Notes: generated from the letters alone by a model not told the origin. A stretch of DNA of 63,893 nucleotides, filler included, from Octopus bimaculoides (GCF_001194135.2; 7 parts of 5 records of this genome joined end to end with filler, not necessarily neighbours in it), one strand, 5' to 3'. Numbered from the whole stretch's first letter, positions 24,826 to 37,444 are shown. Made by a program: numbers and translations.

Positions 24826-25714
24826 TTATATTTATATATATGAACTTTAGGTTAGTTAAAAATATGTTAGTAACATTTAAACTATCAAAGGTAAATTCAC
24901 TGCAGTTACTGTAGAGAAGAAAAAAGAAGAGTCTCTGTTATGGCAAAAAGTGTAAAACCACATATCTAGCCAGTGCTTCCTCTTTCAGATTCTCAGACTC
25001 GCATTTTTGGCGCTTTAGCCTTCCTCGATGGGAAAAAACCACGGCTTTGAATCTACCCAGGATTATGTCTCATCGGTATTTCCCATTAAGGAAAGTTAAA
25101 GAGCCAGAAACGGCCCTCTGGGAATCCGTGAGAATCTTCAGCGATTAAGCCGACTGGGCTTGCCTAGTGAGGAGCGTTGCTAGAAACCCAGTAGTACTAA
25201 AAGACAAGGCCTGTGAGAAGGATGGATGAAAGTAGTGCAGCCTCAACAAGTATCAAGCTGTAGCACACTCGCTTAGAAATTCTGTGTTGCTGTCCAGCGT
25301 GCTAGAAGACCACTGGGAACGAGGCATTCCTCCGATTTTGCTAACGTAAGTCTCTAGAAAATGTGCGGATATGCAAGGAATGGCAGTGGATATTCTGGTG
25401 AACTTTTGCTTGTGTTTGAGATCATGGCGTTCCCCTATTCCTGAACCTGCGACACATATTAGCATTGGGAATCTTGCCCAGGCTTGTCTTTGGATTATGT
25501 CAATAGGGTGGAGAGAGACTGCGAAGGGTTGTGTAAATCTTATTGAACCTGAAATTTTAGGTTGCGCAATCGCCGGCGAATCCACTTTCCGATGCCAGGT
25601 CGAGTAAGAACGCATCGCGGCGAGCACAGAAGCTGCGGGTTTAAACCCGGGCGAAGCCGATAGCTGGTTTGATAGCCCTACGCACAGGCAACACTGACAT
25701 TTTCATGGTCATTT

Positions 25715-26140
25715 GTCAGTGATGGTCTTCCTCGGTCACCGTTTCTGCAAAGGATTGAAGAAGCAAAACCGTTGGGCGAGGCTAGCCTCATTTAATTGAT
25801 GTGGAACCCATACTTCGAGCCTGCTGATAAGGCTAAATTGATGCAGATACTTTTCAATGCTCGATTTCGATATCTGCAGAATATCTGTGATCACCCTGGT
25901 GGGGTTGGTGTCCACTAACTAATTCATTTTGTCGTTGTTAATCTTAGTTAGCCAGCCTGAGCGAGGACCCCACATTTTCCCAATAGAAACCTTGTAAACC
26001 ACTTCTGGCACACAGGTTCCCTAACTGCATCCCCTCTGTACACAACGTATATTTACCTGCAGGTTTCCGCCGCTTTCTTGCCTTTTCTTAAAAAAAAAAG
26101 AGCTCACGAGTTGTCAATAACGTTCATTCTAGTTCTCCAT
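25715..26140 (-). mobile_element. mariner transposase N-terminal fragment
   Basis: KAAETCR...VYRGDAVREPVCQKWFTRF...ISRLEVWVPHQLNE, containing the WVPHEL-like motif. Confidence 0.8.
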
Positions 26141-26320
26141 TTTCAGTGTGATCCCAAGCACACATCTTGTAGAACCTGTCACGTTGCAGTTCGCGTTAAA
26201 CTACACTGAACTGTCAAGTAGCTAACGAGTGAGCATGCGCAAGGGACATACTAAAGTTAGCTACTTATTAGTGTTTAAAGTTTAGCATCCACAAAAAACA
26301 AATGGACTTTTTGGCTAGTC

Positions 26321-26435
26321 GTACGTATCCACTGTCAAACGTATACTCAGACAAATTTAATCTTTACTGATTTATATGGTATACACCAGTGAAAATTAAA
26401 TTTGTCTAAGTATGAATTTGACAGTCGATACTTAC
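26321..26435. repeat. Imperfect 115-bp hairpin (49-bp arms, 41/49 matched, 17-nt loop)
   Basis: 26321-26369 is the reverse complement of 26387-26435. Confidence 0.85.
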
Positions 26436-26806
26436 TACTAATGACGTGCAAAGATAAAGAAATGGTTTGGCTGTCTTGGCAGCTCGTTTTTCGTCTGTTA
26501 CTGACTTACTTTTGTATTTGATAGTACTATACATCTAGACAAGAAGCTTTCTGAAGACGAATGCTACAATTTTTTTTTCTTTTTTGATTTTTGGTAGTAT
26601 ATTCATGTTGAATAAGATATACAAAATGCTAGTGTGTTTTCATAAACTGGATTATCTCCTTATTCCTAAAGATTTCGTGCAACTAACACTTATTGAAGAA
26701 GTTTATGCGTATGTGTGTGTGGGCGCGTATGTATGTATTTACATTCACAAATCCACTCTCATATACATACATACATACGCGTACACACTCACACACTCAC
26801 ACACAA

Positions 26807-26862
<56 letters not shown>

Positions 26863-27286
26863 TCAGATACGCACAAAAGCAAGAAAAAAATGCGCGTAGT
26901 TCTGTCAGAATTAGTTAGTGCTTGACTACTTTCCATACAAGTTAATATTTCGTCGACTCGTAGGACGAACGTAGCTCGTAGCTGGTCAAACATATGGAGA
27001 TCAAGTAACAGGAAACGAAACAAAATCAAGATGGCTTCTAGATGCTAGTCATCTGTTGATCAACTCAGATCACGCGGTGTTATTTGTATGGAAGTGACAT
27101 CCAATTTTTTTTCTTCGTTCTCAGATTCACTTTGTTGGACAAGATATTGGTTGGTTGCTCTTGGCGCTTTGTCTGGAGCTTGCGGTATTGTTATGTAACA
27201 ACATCAGTTCATTGCATTTGCAGCCACACACAGAAGAGCCGGGTATTGTCACGGGTTAGTAGAAAGCTAAAACTAAAGCAACAACA

Positions 27287-27635
27287 GACTTTTCGTGGAA
27301 CTAATCAGACTCGAACTGTCTGCATTATTAAGACTGCATTCTATACGGCTGGCAAGGTTTAGCTGCCATGCAATTGAGTACAGAGCAGACAAGACTAAGG
27401 TGGTATATCTGGATGGTTAGGTGCCAGTGGGTTGAAGTTCATTAACAGAGCATACCCCTAGTGGTAACAGTCATATAATTCAATCTTCCTGTTGATAGAT
27501 ACTGTAGGTTGGTTGAAGATGTGTAATCTCTCACAGAGTTGGCCCCTCCGTAACTCCAGGTGAGTTACGGAGAGACCTTGTCAACGAGACTCCATTCGAT
27601 GTTGTTCCGGTGGTCACGGAATCTCCAGATAAAAT
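27287..27635 (-). mobile_element. Penelope-like GIY-YIG C-terminus and 3' region with a degenerate minimal hammerhead motif
   Basis: NIEWSLVDK...QLCERLHIFNQPTVSINRKIELYDCYH.GYALLMNFNP. Downstream, CTGATTA-GTTCCAC-GAAA-AGTC lies at 27308-27287. Confidence 0.65.
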
Positions 27636-28485
27636 AGGATAGGGTGGAAGATTTTTTCATACACACACTCATAGGTACTGGATTCAATGTAATCAACATA
27701 AACCCTGCCCCGAAATAACTAGCCTTGTGACAAAATCTCAAACCAAATTTTTAGAGCAGATGGTGTAAGACTTGGCAGTGTTCACAGCTTATTACATTAT
27801 TGTTTGAGCATTAACGGAAACATTAACTTTACATTACCTTGGCATGTAGTCTTAGTTTGAAGTTTGGTCGAGAGAAAACTTCTTGATTCAGTTTGTCATT
27901 CTATAAACTTGTTCAGCACAGTCTCTGTGGTGAATAGAATTATGTTCGATAATAGTTGCTTCAGAGGTTTCACTGCCGAATGAATGTGAACTAATGACGT
28001 TCAAGAAGTACTAATTCATATGTGTATGAGTTTAGATATATATGCACACGAATTAAAATTCAGAAAATTGAGATGTAGCATTAAAATAATTTATTAACTG
28101 CAAAAATCCAACATGTTCTTTTACAGCTGTTTTCTTTCTTTTCCCAAAGATTAAATTCCAATAATTAAATCATGTCTTTTCTAAAAATCTTTTACTTGTT
28201 TCAGTCATTTGACTTCGGCCATGCTGGAGCACCGCCTTTTGGGCAAAATCTCATTAGAGAAGAGAAAAGACATACCGTTAGGTTATTATGTGAATATCAT
28301 TTAGTTGCTAATAATGGTGTAAACTGAGTCCAGCGGGTAATAGGTTGTTTTAGTGAGTAATGGATAATGTGGATAAAATCTGGGTAATAATTGGTAAATA
28401 AATAAATAAAGTTTAGATAGTGAGTTACAGTAAATAATATTATCGTATGAATGAGATAATAAATAAATGAATACTTTTATAATTT

Positions 28486-28551
<66 letters not shown>

Positions 28552-28553
<2 letters not shown>

Positions 28554-28732
28554 AGGCGCAAAGGCCCGGTGGTTAGGGCAGCGGACTCACGGTCGTAGGA
28601 TCGTGGTTTCGATTCCCAGACCGAGCGTTGTGAGTGTTTATTGAGCGAAAACACCTAAAAGCTCCACGTCCGAGAACTACGTTAAGGGTACACGTGTCTG
28701 TGGAATGCTCAGACTTAATATCACGAGCAGGC
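28552..28732 (+). mobile_element. SINE family A with an internal deletion
   Basis: The head is intact, then AAAAGCTCCACG is joined directly to CCGAGAACTACG, with the central ~165 bp missing relative to 3619-4000. Confidence 0.85.
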
Positions 28733-29099
28733 AAATAGAAGATGAGGACTCAGTATGCTAGAGTGCTTGTGGTTCATTTACTATGTGGTTTCTTGAGTGT
28801 TCGGTTTTCCACTCAGTTTCTGTCAAATTCACTCGCAAAGCATTTTAAAAACTTCATCTTCGCTCAATCGCGACTTATCTTCTCGACATATCAATTTACC
28901 CCACAAGTGTGACTGTTTCTCTTTCCAAAAACCAACAGTTTTAGGCCTATTTTTTCGCATCCACAAACAGCGAAAGGAATTATTATATTTTACATTCCCC
29001 TCGGCAAATGAGCTTTTCCAATTTCCTAGTCTTTATATTGACTGATTTTCTCGTGTAACAACCTTCTGATTAATTTTCGCTGCAAAACATTAAAGACCT

Positions 29100-29523
29100 T
29101 TGTTTTCTATTATTTTGAAATACGTAGTATAATATAAAGCTTCTGAAACTTGAAATTTGTAGTCTTCATATAATACTTCACCAAACGAAGTTCAATTTTG
29201 TTTATATGTACATGTATATTCTATGTACTTTTTGAAAAGCAACATTTAATAAAAATATTATATCTCACTTGAGATTCCTATACAATAATAGCCGTAACAA
29301 AATTCTATTTTATGTCTCAGATCAATTTATCTTAAGTGGATTTACGGAACAGACAAACGCACGTGAAGTTTATATTAAAAGCACTTATAATAAAAATAAT
29401 TAACAAAATGTAAAGAGCGAATATGAAAACAAGTTCGCTGAACTCGTAACAATGAAGATATTTAAAAATTGTTTAGTTGAAATGTACGAAAGAGTTTAAA
29501 AGTGCATCAGATTTTGCTGCCCT
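29100..29523 (+). repeat. Unclassified AT-rich repeat of about 420 bp, inverted copy of 23587-24000
   Basis: Same shared blocks as the 23587-24000 copy. Confidence 0.8.
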
Positions 29524-29643
29524 CTAGTGGTTAAGAAGCTGACTCCACAACGGAGTGGTTTCGGCTTCAGTGCTATTATGAGGTGTCATGGGCAAGTGCC
29601 TTCCACTGTAGCTCTGAGTTGACCAATGCCCTGTGAGTGTCTG

Positions 29644-29694
<51 letters not shown>

Positions 29695-30340
29695 GACTGT
29701 CTGTCTGTCTATGCGTATTATGCGAGTATTTACGAGTTTGAAAAACAAAAAAAATTATTATTTCTAAGATAAGCACAATGCCTGAAATTCAGGGAGGGGA
29801 ACAGACGATAATATCATACCCCTGTACTCGAGTGGTAAGCTGGTAATGAGCATGTCGGAAAAAATGCTTAGCATCATTTCTTCCGGCTTTTTACGTTCTG
29901 AGTTAAAATTCTGCCGAGATTAACTCCGCCTTTCGTCCGCGTCGGATCGATAAAATAACATACCATCTCTGTTGGTCGCTAGACGAGGTCCGTAAAGCCC
30001 AGTGCAGGTTATCTTCACTCGTAAACACCCGGTCATTGGTTTTCTTGAGATTCCACCGCTCTGGCCGCTGGTCATTGCCATAACTCTTTAATTCGCCTCG
30101 TGGTACAGTGTTAACATCACTTTGTCATGTCAACCACCCCACCAGTACTGGATGGTATAACCTGGAGCCAACACATGAGAAATTTAGCGGGTGAGTGAAA
30201 GTCAGTGATGCCGGCCACCCTACCAAACAGGGAGCAGCGTGATAGAGGCTAAAGGTACTATCTCTAACCAGAGTCTCCTATATCCTTGAACCAAATTGTC
30301 GGACTACTGTCTTTTATTCATCAATCATTTCAGTTTAGAT

Positions 30341-31178
30341 CAGTGGTTCTCAACCATTTTTTTTACTTGTGGGCCCCTTTATTTCCTATTTACCCTACTG
30401 GACCCTTATCGCAATTCAAGGCTTAAAAATATCCTATTATATCTTTATAATTCAATGTTATCAGGAATTGGAATGGTAACAAGCGGGCATAATCGTTAGC
30501 ACGCCAGGAAAAATGCATAGCGGTATTGCGTCGACTTTACGTTCTGCGTTCAAGTACCGCTGAGTTCGATTTTGCCTTTCATTCCTATCGAGATCGATAA
30601 AATAAGCACTGGGGTCGCGATGTAATCGACTTAACCCTACCCCAATATTGTAAGGAATTGTATAAAAAATTGTTGAAATGTTTTGTGTATTGTAGAAGTA
30701 TAACCTATTTATTGCTCGCTTTACTCTTTTACTTGTTTCAGTCATTTGACTGCGGCCATGCTGGAGCACCGCCTTTAGTCGAGCAAATCGACCTCAGGAC
30801 TTATTCTTTGTAAGCCTAATACTTATTGTATCAGTCTATTTTGACGAACTGCTAAACTCCAGGGACGTAAACACACCAGCATCGGTTGTCAAGCGATGTT
30901 GGGGGGACAAACACAGACACACAAGCATATACACACATACACATACGTATATATATATGCATATATACGACGGGCTTCTTTTAGTTTCCGTCTACCAAAT
31001 CCACTCACAAGGCTTTGGTCGGCCCGAGGCTATATTCGAAGACACTTGCCCAAGGTGCCACGCAGTGGGACTGAACCCAGAACCATGGGGTTGGTAAGCA
31101 AGCTACTTACCACACAGCCACTCTTGCAGATAAATTTTAACAACAAACTCTTATATGGACCCCGATTGAGAACAACAG
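30341..31178. mobile_element. hAT (Charlie-type) MITE with 8-bp TSD and two nested SINEs
   Basis: Begins CAGTGGTTCTCAACC and ends GATTGAGAACAACAG. Identical GTTTAGAT flanks lie at 30333-30340 and 31179-31186. Confidence 0.8.
30720..31125 (-). mobile_element. SINE family B, full-length, nested in the hAT MITE
   Basis: Reverse complement of the 20242-20728 type copy. Confidence 0.92.
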
Positions 31179-32445
31179 GTTTAGATAGTTATTGTGGAAA
31201 AGGAATCGCATTTTTTTAAATAATAATATAGACATACTTTGTATAACTTGCTATATTATCCTAGATGTGTCAGATGACGCAGGTTATCACTATGAATTTG
31301 TTGCACCACTTATTGTGTTGATCTGAATCTCATAAAGACAGAAAAGATATTCTACATAAAGTTTGCCATGAGTCATACATATCCATTAAGTCCACAGGCA
31401 ATTGCTGTTGGTGTTGTCGAAACACTTTACAAAAACAACGTTCATGGTATGGTATATCGCCAGCTTTCTATTAAATCTCTGCTGTCTTGGTGACCGTTCT
31501 TGTAACATCGTGTTCTCCAGAGTGCTCCTTCTGAAACTCCTAACAAATGTAGATATATATCAGGGATACAATAGGACAAACATGATTAAACAGTGGAGTT
31601 ACAGAATGAAAGAATTTCAACATGTCTTTCAATAATACTTTTGAGAAAAATTATTGGTGTTTTTGCTGTTAAGAAAGAGAGAAAACTTTTCTTTTCAGAA
31701 CTGGATATGGTGCAATTTGTGTTGTGCATCGTTAAGTAATAGAAAGAATCCTATTTTTTTTTTTTTTACTTGAAATTAGTTTTTGGATTTTTATTTTTTT
31801 ATTTTTGAACAATTTTGAACAAATCAAGTGCTTTACATCTCCTTTAACTAAAGAGCTCTTTAAGTTTATGGATACATACGTTGTTGATTTTAATTGCTTT
31901 GATGTCAATATTCTGGACAATTATCTCGCTTACGTAAATTTTCAACGATCAAAATATTGTTGCTGTTTCAACGAGATTCGTGTGAGGAGATGCGTTGTTA
32001 AAATTGAATGTTAACCCTGATAACGGGCTGGATGTTGCAGAGTTGGTAACGATTCTGCCAGCTCAACGTCGTCTTACCGCTCAAGTACTTGGGTTGATAC
32101 AATCGACTGTTCGACTCCTCACCAATTTCTGGCTTTGTGTCTGTGTTACAAATAATTATTTTAGCTTTGCAAAATCGTAAACACCAACATAATACACACA
32201 CACACTTACACACACACACATACACACACACAAACACACACACACACACACGTATTTTATCAAAGAAATTATCTTATTCTTTTTCACAGTCATACGACAT
32301 AGTTGCAACGTAAGCTGGTATCAAACAAATAATATTTTTTAGTGTAACCGCAAGCAGTCCATACGTTACTGTAGGGTAGGTTAACTAACTGCAGCTGATT
32401 AATGAAACTGATTAGCTTGTTGACGTCTGGTAAATCATACGTACA

Positions 32446-32837
32446 AGTTGTTGTTGTTGTTGGCACTCCGTCGCTTACGACGACGAAGGTTCCAGTTGAT
32501 CCAATCAACGGAATAGCCTGCTCGTGAGATTAACATGCATGTGGCTGAGCACTCCACAGACACGTGTACCCTTAACGTAGTTCTCGGGGATATTCAGCGT
32601 GACACAGTGTGACAAGGCTGACCCTTTGAATTACAGGCACAACAGATACAGGAAGAAAGAGTAAGAGAAAGTTGTGGTGGAAGAGTACAGCAGGGTTCGC
32701 CACCATCCCCTGCCGGAGCCTCGTGGAACTTTAGGTATTTTCGCTCAATAAACACTCACAACGCCCGGTCTGGGAATCGACACCGCGATCCTATGACCGC
32801 GAGTCCACTGCCCTAACCACTGGGCCATTGCGCCTCC
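32446..32837 (-). mobile_element. SINE family A, full-length
   Basis: Reverse complement of 3619-4000 with an (AAC)n tail. Confidence 0.92.
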
Positions 32838-33673
32838 ACCATACGTAAATACCCATGATTATACACTCCGATGCAATCCCACTCCCACACTCATATATTT
32901 GTGTTTATTAATGTCCACATGTTTGTCTGTATAATATGCATATCTTACAGTAACCAAAAACAAGAAACAGAAATTACTTGGAATTTTAACAATCTCTTTT
33001 ACTAATTGATTTTGCGTAATGATTACAATTAGCATGTGAGCGATTTACTCCTTCAAATAGTAAACAGTCTGTTTAATACGTTCCATATTAGATGTTAGAA
33101 TAATCACCATGGTGATATAATTAACGGAAGCTACTTTTAATGAGAGGTGAGAGATTAGCTTTAGCTTCACTTCAGATTTCTTTGAAGAAGTGATACAGAA
33201 GATAAATTAAGCCCCAAGATTTCCCCATGAAAGTTGTCATAATAGGATGGACACAATATCTAATCAAGCAGAAGCAGACATGTCATAGCATTCCGGCCAT
33301 GGCCTTATCATCTTACTGTGGCTGTGCGGTACTCCACATATTTTGATCTAAGTTTGCTCCATACCTTGTGATACTGAATTATCTCTTCCTTTCAGCATTC
33401 TAAATCTTTGTTGATATTTCTATTAGATTTAAGGATGCGAGTTGGCTGAAACGTCAACACGCCGAGCAAAATGCGTAGCGGCATTTCGTCCGCCTCTACG
33501 TTCTGAGTTAAAATACCACCGAGGTCAACTTTACCTTATATCCTTTCAGGGTCGATAAAATAAGTACAAGTTGAACACTGGGATCGATGATGATATCAAC
33601 TTAACCCTTCTTCCGAAATTGCTGGCCTTGTGCCAAAATTTTAAACCAATATTTCAATTAGATTATTCTCTAT

Positions 33674-34070
33674 AGGCGTAGGAGTGGCTGTGTGGCAAGT
33701 TCCGGTTTCAGTCCCGCTGCGTGGCACCTTGGGCAAGTGTGGCACCTTAGGCAAGTGTGGCTTCTACTATAGCCTCGGGCCGACCAAAGCCTTGTGAGTG
33801 GATTTGGTAGACGGAAACTGAAAGAAGCCCGTCGTATATATGTATATATACATGTGTGTGTGTGTGTGTATGCGTCTGTGTTTGTTCCCCCAACATCGCT
33901 TGACAACCGATGTTGGTGTGTTTACGTCCCCGTAACTTAGCGGTTCGGCTAAAGAGACCGATAGAATAAGTACTAGGCTTACAAAGAATAAGTCCTGGGG
34001 TCGATTAGCTCGACTAAAAAAGGCGGTGCTCCAGCATGGCCACAGTCAAATGACTGAAACATGTAAAAGA
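33674..34070 (+). mobile_element. SINE family B, full-length
   Basis: Head, core with a small internal duplication (GCACCTTRGGCAAGTGTG twice), microsatellite and tail. Confidence 0.9.
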
Positions 34071-34085
34071 GTATATATCGTTTAT

Positions 34086-34497
34086 GTTTTATTGTTTACT
34101 TGTTTCAATCATTGGTCTGCGGCCATGCTGGTGCACTGCCCTGCAGAGTTTAGTCGAAGAAATTGCTCCCAGCACTTATGTTCTAAGTCTGGTACTTATT
34201 CTATCGGTTCCAGTTCCCGAACCTCTAAGTTACGTGAAGTAAAAAGAAACCATCACCCGGTTGTCAAGCAATGCTAGGGGGACAAACACAGACACACAAA
34301 CATACACACATATATATATATATATATACATATATACGACGGGCTTTCAGTTTCCGTCTACCAAATCAACTCACAAGGCTTTGGTCAGCCCGAGGCTATA
34401 ATAGAAGACACTTGCCCAAAGTACCACGCAGTGGGACTGAACCCGGAACCACATGGCTGGTAAGCAAGCTACTTACTACACAGCCACTCCTGCGCCT
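34086..34497 (-). mobile_element. SINE family B, full-length, tail-to-tail with 33674-34070
   Basis: Reverse-complement copy with a well-conserved head and a more diverged tail. Confidence 0.9.
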
Positions 34498-34716
34498 GGA
34501 ATGCCGACACTTCATACAAAAGTCCGCTGGAAAGTAGAGTGGACAAGAAATCAGAACTAGAAATAAACTTCTATTCAAGCAGTGAATTTTGCACACACAC
34601 ATGTATGTATACACGCNNNNNNNNNNNNNNNNNNNNNNNNNNNNNNNNNNNNNNNNNNNNTTAATTAATTAANNNNNNNNNNNNNNNNNNNNNNNNNNNN
34701 NNNNNNNNNNNNNNNN

Positions 34717-34753
<37 letters not shown>

Positions 34754-35494
34754 CATATATATATATATATATACATACACATATACATGCATACACATAC
34801 AGCACATATATTGAATCATAAATATATTTTATGGTTTATCCAGATGAAATGGGCACATTGACAGAGCTTTTGAGACTGCTAGAAGATATAGGGCTTTTCA
34901 CAGCGGAGAGTAAAACTTTGATATATTGAAACCTGGTTTGAATATTTATAACAAAAATTTACACGAGCCAGGTAGTGGTGTTAAAACTGTTGTCGTTTTA
35001 AGTCTACCAATCACGGACAAACACAAGCGAATATGCTGCATTACAGTTTTCGTCTGTCTCAATTCAACCACAAAACTTTGGACGGCTGACTCTTTGTTAG
35101 AAGACCATAATACTCTAGGTGTCAAGCAGTCATGTCGAACTTGAACCATGCGTTGCGAAGCGAACATTTCAACCACCTAGTCACACCTGAATCGTCTCAA
35201 CATGACAGAAAATTTCGATTAATCATATTTTTGCTGGGAATAATTCGCAAATATTATAAAACGTCACCCAATTCTCCTCAGAAACCATAATGCTTTATTA
35301 ATGGAATTCGGTAGACAGAAACTCAGGGCAAGTAGCATACCTTTGTTGTGCGTGTGTGTGCTTTTAACTGCATCCGATAGTCGGGCCCTGGTTCGGGACT
35401 TTGAAGGTTTTGAGGGGTGTGGAACCACCTCCTCTTAGTCACTTTCCTCCCAAGTGTACTCTAACCCGATGTAGTAGCACATGTGAGGGTCCAG

Positions 35495-35528
<34 letters not shown>

Positions 35529-35539
35529 TTATATATAAA

Positions 35540-35665
35540 GCGCAGAAAAGAAGACAAGAAAAAAAAATAACAAGGTGAGGACGTAGTACATGCAAAGTAT
35601 TAATGAGACGCTCAGATAAGGAAAGAAAGAGTGGTTGTTTTACGTTTTGAGCAAAGCTCTTCTTC
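35540..35665 (-). mobile_element. Penelope-like terminal repeat fragment with a hammerhead-like motif at the gap edge
   Basis: Minus strand reads (N)GAAGA-A-GAGC-TTT-GCTC-AAAAC-GTA, i.e. CUGAAGA/stem II/GAAAC-GUA with G>A and the first bases lost in the gap. It ends in (TA)n. Confidence 0.5.
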
Positions 35666-35908
35666 NNNNNNNNNNNNNNNNNNNNNNNNNNNNNNNNNNN
35701 NNNNNNNNNNNNNNNNNNNNNNNNNNNNNNNNNNNNNNNNNNNNNNNNNNNNNNNNNNNNNNNNNNNNNNNNNNNNNNNNNNNNNNNNNNNNNNNNNNNN
35801 NNNNNNNNNNNNNNNNNNNNNNNNNNNNNNNNNNNNNNNNNNNNNNNNNNNNNNNNNNNNNNNNNNNNNNNNNNNNNNNNNNNNNNNNNNNNNNNNNNNN
35901 NNNNNNNN

Positions 35909-35961
<53 letters not shown>

Positions 35962-36023
35962 AACAAACAAACACAAGCACACACACACACCCAAACACAC
36001 ACACACACACACACATTTATATA

Positions 36024-37000
36024 CAGTGGTGGGCACGGTTCTGCTAATCTGCTAACTTTTCGTTTAGGGATTAGCGTTTTCGCTAACTTTGGAAACCTTT
36101 AGCGGACCACTTAGCTTCCGCAATCCACTAACAAAATTCATACGCTTGTTCCTGTCTGTTGTGGGCGTGTCTCGAAGAGTTCGTCAGGCACGCTATTGGC
36201 TGACTACGTGTACACGTGACAAGACGTGATTGGTCGATGCAGCAGCAGCTAGCTGAGCAGCATTGTGCAATTCTGCAATTTTGAGTTGTGTTCACTTACG
36301 ATGTTGTCACATTACAGACAGTCTTACAGTGTCAGCGACAGCGGTGTACGTTATCAGCTTATCAAGTTATCGCTTATCGTTATGGAAGGTGAAGACGTTT
36401 TTGTTCGGCCTGAGGATGAAGGGTCTGTTGAGGAATCTGCAACGGCTGTGGGTGAGGCAGAGGTCGCTCAGGTTGAGAGCCAGGAGTCTCAGAATTCGTG
36501 GCCCCACATGGGGAACTACTTTGTCTTTACGTCAAGGGATAAGAGGAACGCCAAAATCTTGTATTTCCGGTGCGTCATGTGCCAGCCCAAGGAGACCACC
36601 ATCAAGGGACAAGCGGCGAGCCTCTACAACTTGAAGTCGTATGTCAAGAGGAAACACCCAGTGCATGCCATCCAGTTTGAGGAGAGGATGAAGGCTGGCT
36701 CTTCCCGTGGGAAACACAGACAATCTTCTGATAGCAGTGCCAGTAGCCAGTCGATGCAACCATGTGCAAAGAAAGCACGCCAGCCCAACATTGGTGAGGC
36801 GTTTGCCCAAACTGCTGGCACTAGTGTCCGACAGTCTACGGTGGACAGGATTGTAGACCTGTATGCTGACAGCATGCTACCGCTGCATATTGTGGAGTCC
36901 TCCACTTTCGTCGGCTTTATCAAGACGTCGATGTCCCACCGCACTCTGGGCAGGATGATCTTGGCCAGCCATTAACAGCTGGAGGAGTATCTTACAAGGT
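36024..37000 (+). mobile_element. Tol2/Ac-like hAT transposon, 5' part with BED zinc-finger transposase pseudogene
   Basis: Starts CAGTGGTGGGCAC with subterminal GCTAA/TTAGC repeats. From the ATG at 36382 the ORF reads WPHMGNYF...RCVMCQPK...NLKSYVKRKHP...SMLPLHIVESSTF...SHRTLGRMI. There is a probably premature TAA at 36973, a GT donor at 36999 and no 3' TIR found. Confidence 0.85.
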
Positions 37001-37444
37001 ATTTATAAATTAAAATTATACAAGATTATTAAATTATTATTATGGCTTACTTCATATTTTCTTAATTTAATTTAATTATTTATTGAATAATTATTTTCTT
37101 AGTTCATGTAATAACATTTATAATAGCTAATTGAAATAAATGTCATAATATATAATATACGCACAGCAAAACAGCAGCCTCTAATGCAATAACGAACAAA
37201 CGAATCTTAAGTTCTGAACTTATCAAATTCCGACCATCATTCCATCCCTCAACTAGGTTATTCATCACCCCCAACGCGTCACCTAATCAAGGTAAACTCG
37301 CTGTTTTCAAAAATTTGATAACAAGGTTTTAAATTATTAGCAATATTTCCATGACTTTACAACAACCTAGTAACAAGTGTTAAACTACAATCTGTGTGAT
37401 TTCTATAAATAAAATATGGTTATAAGATACTGCGATCAAAAGTC

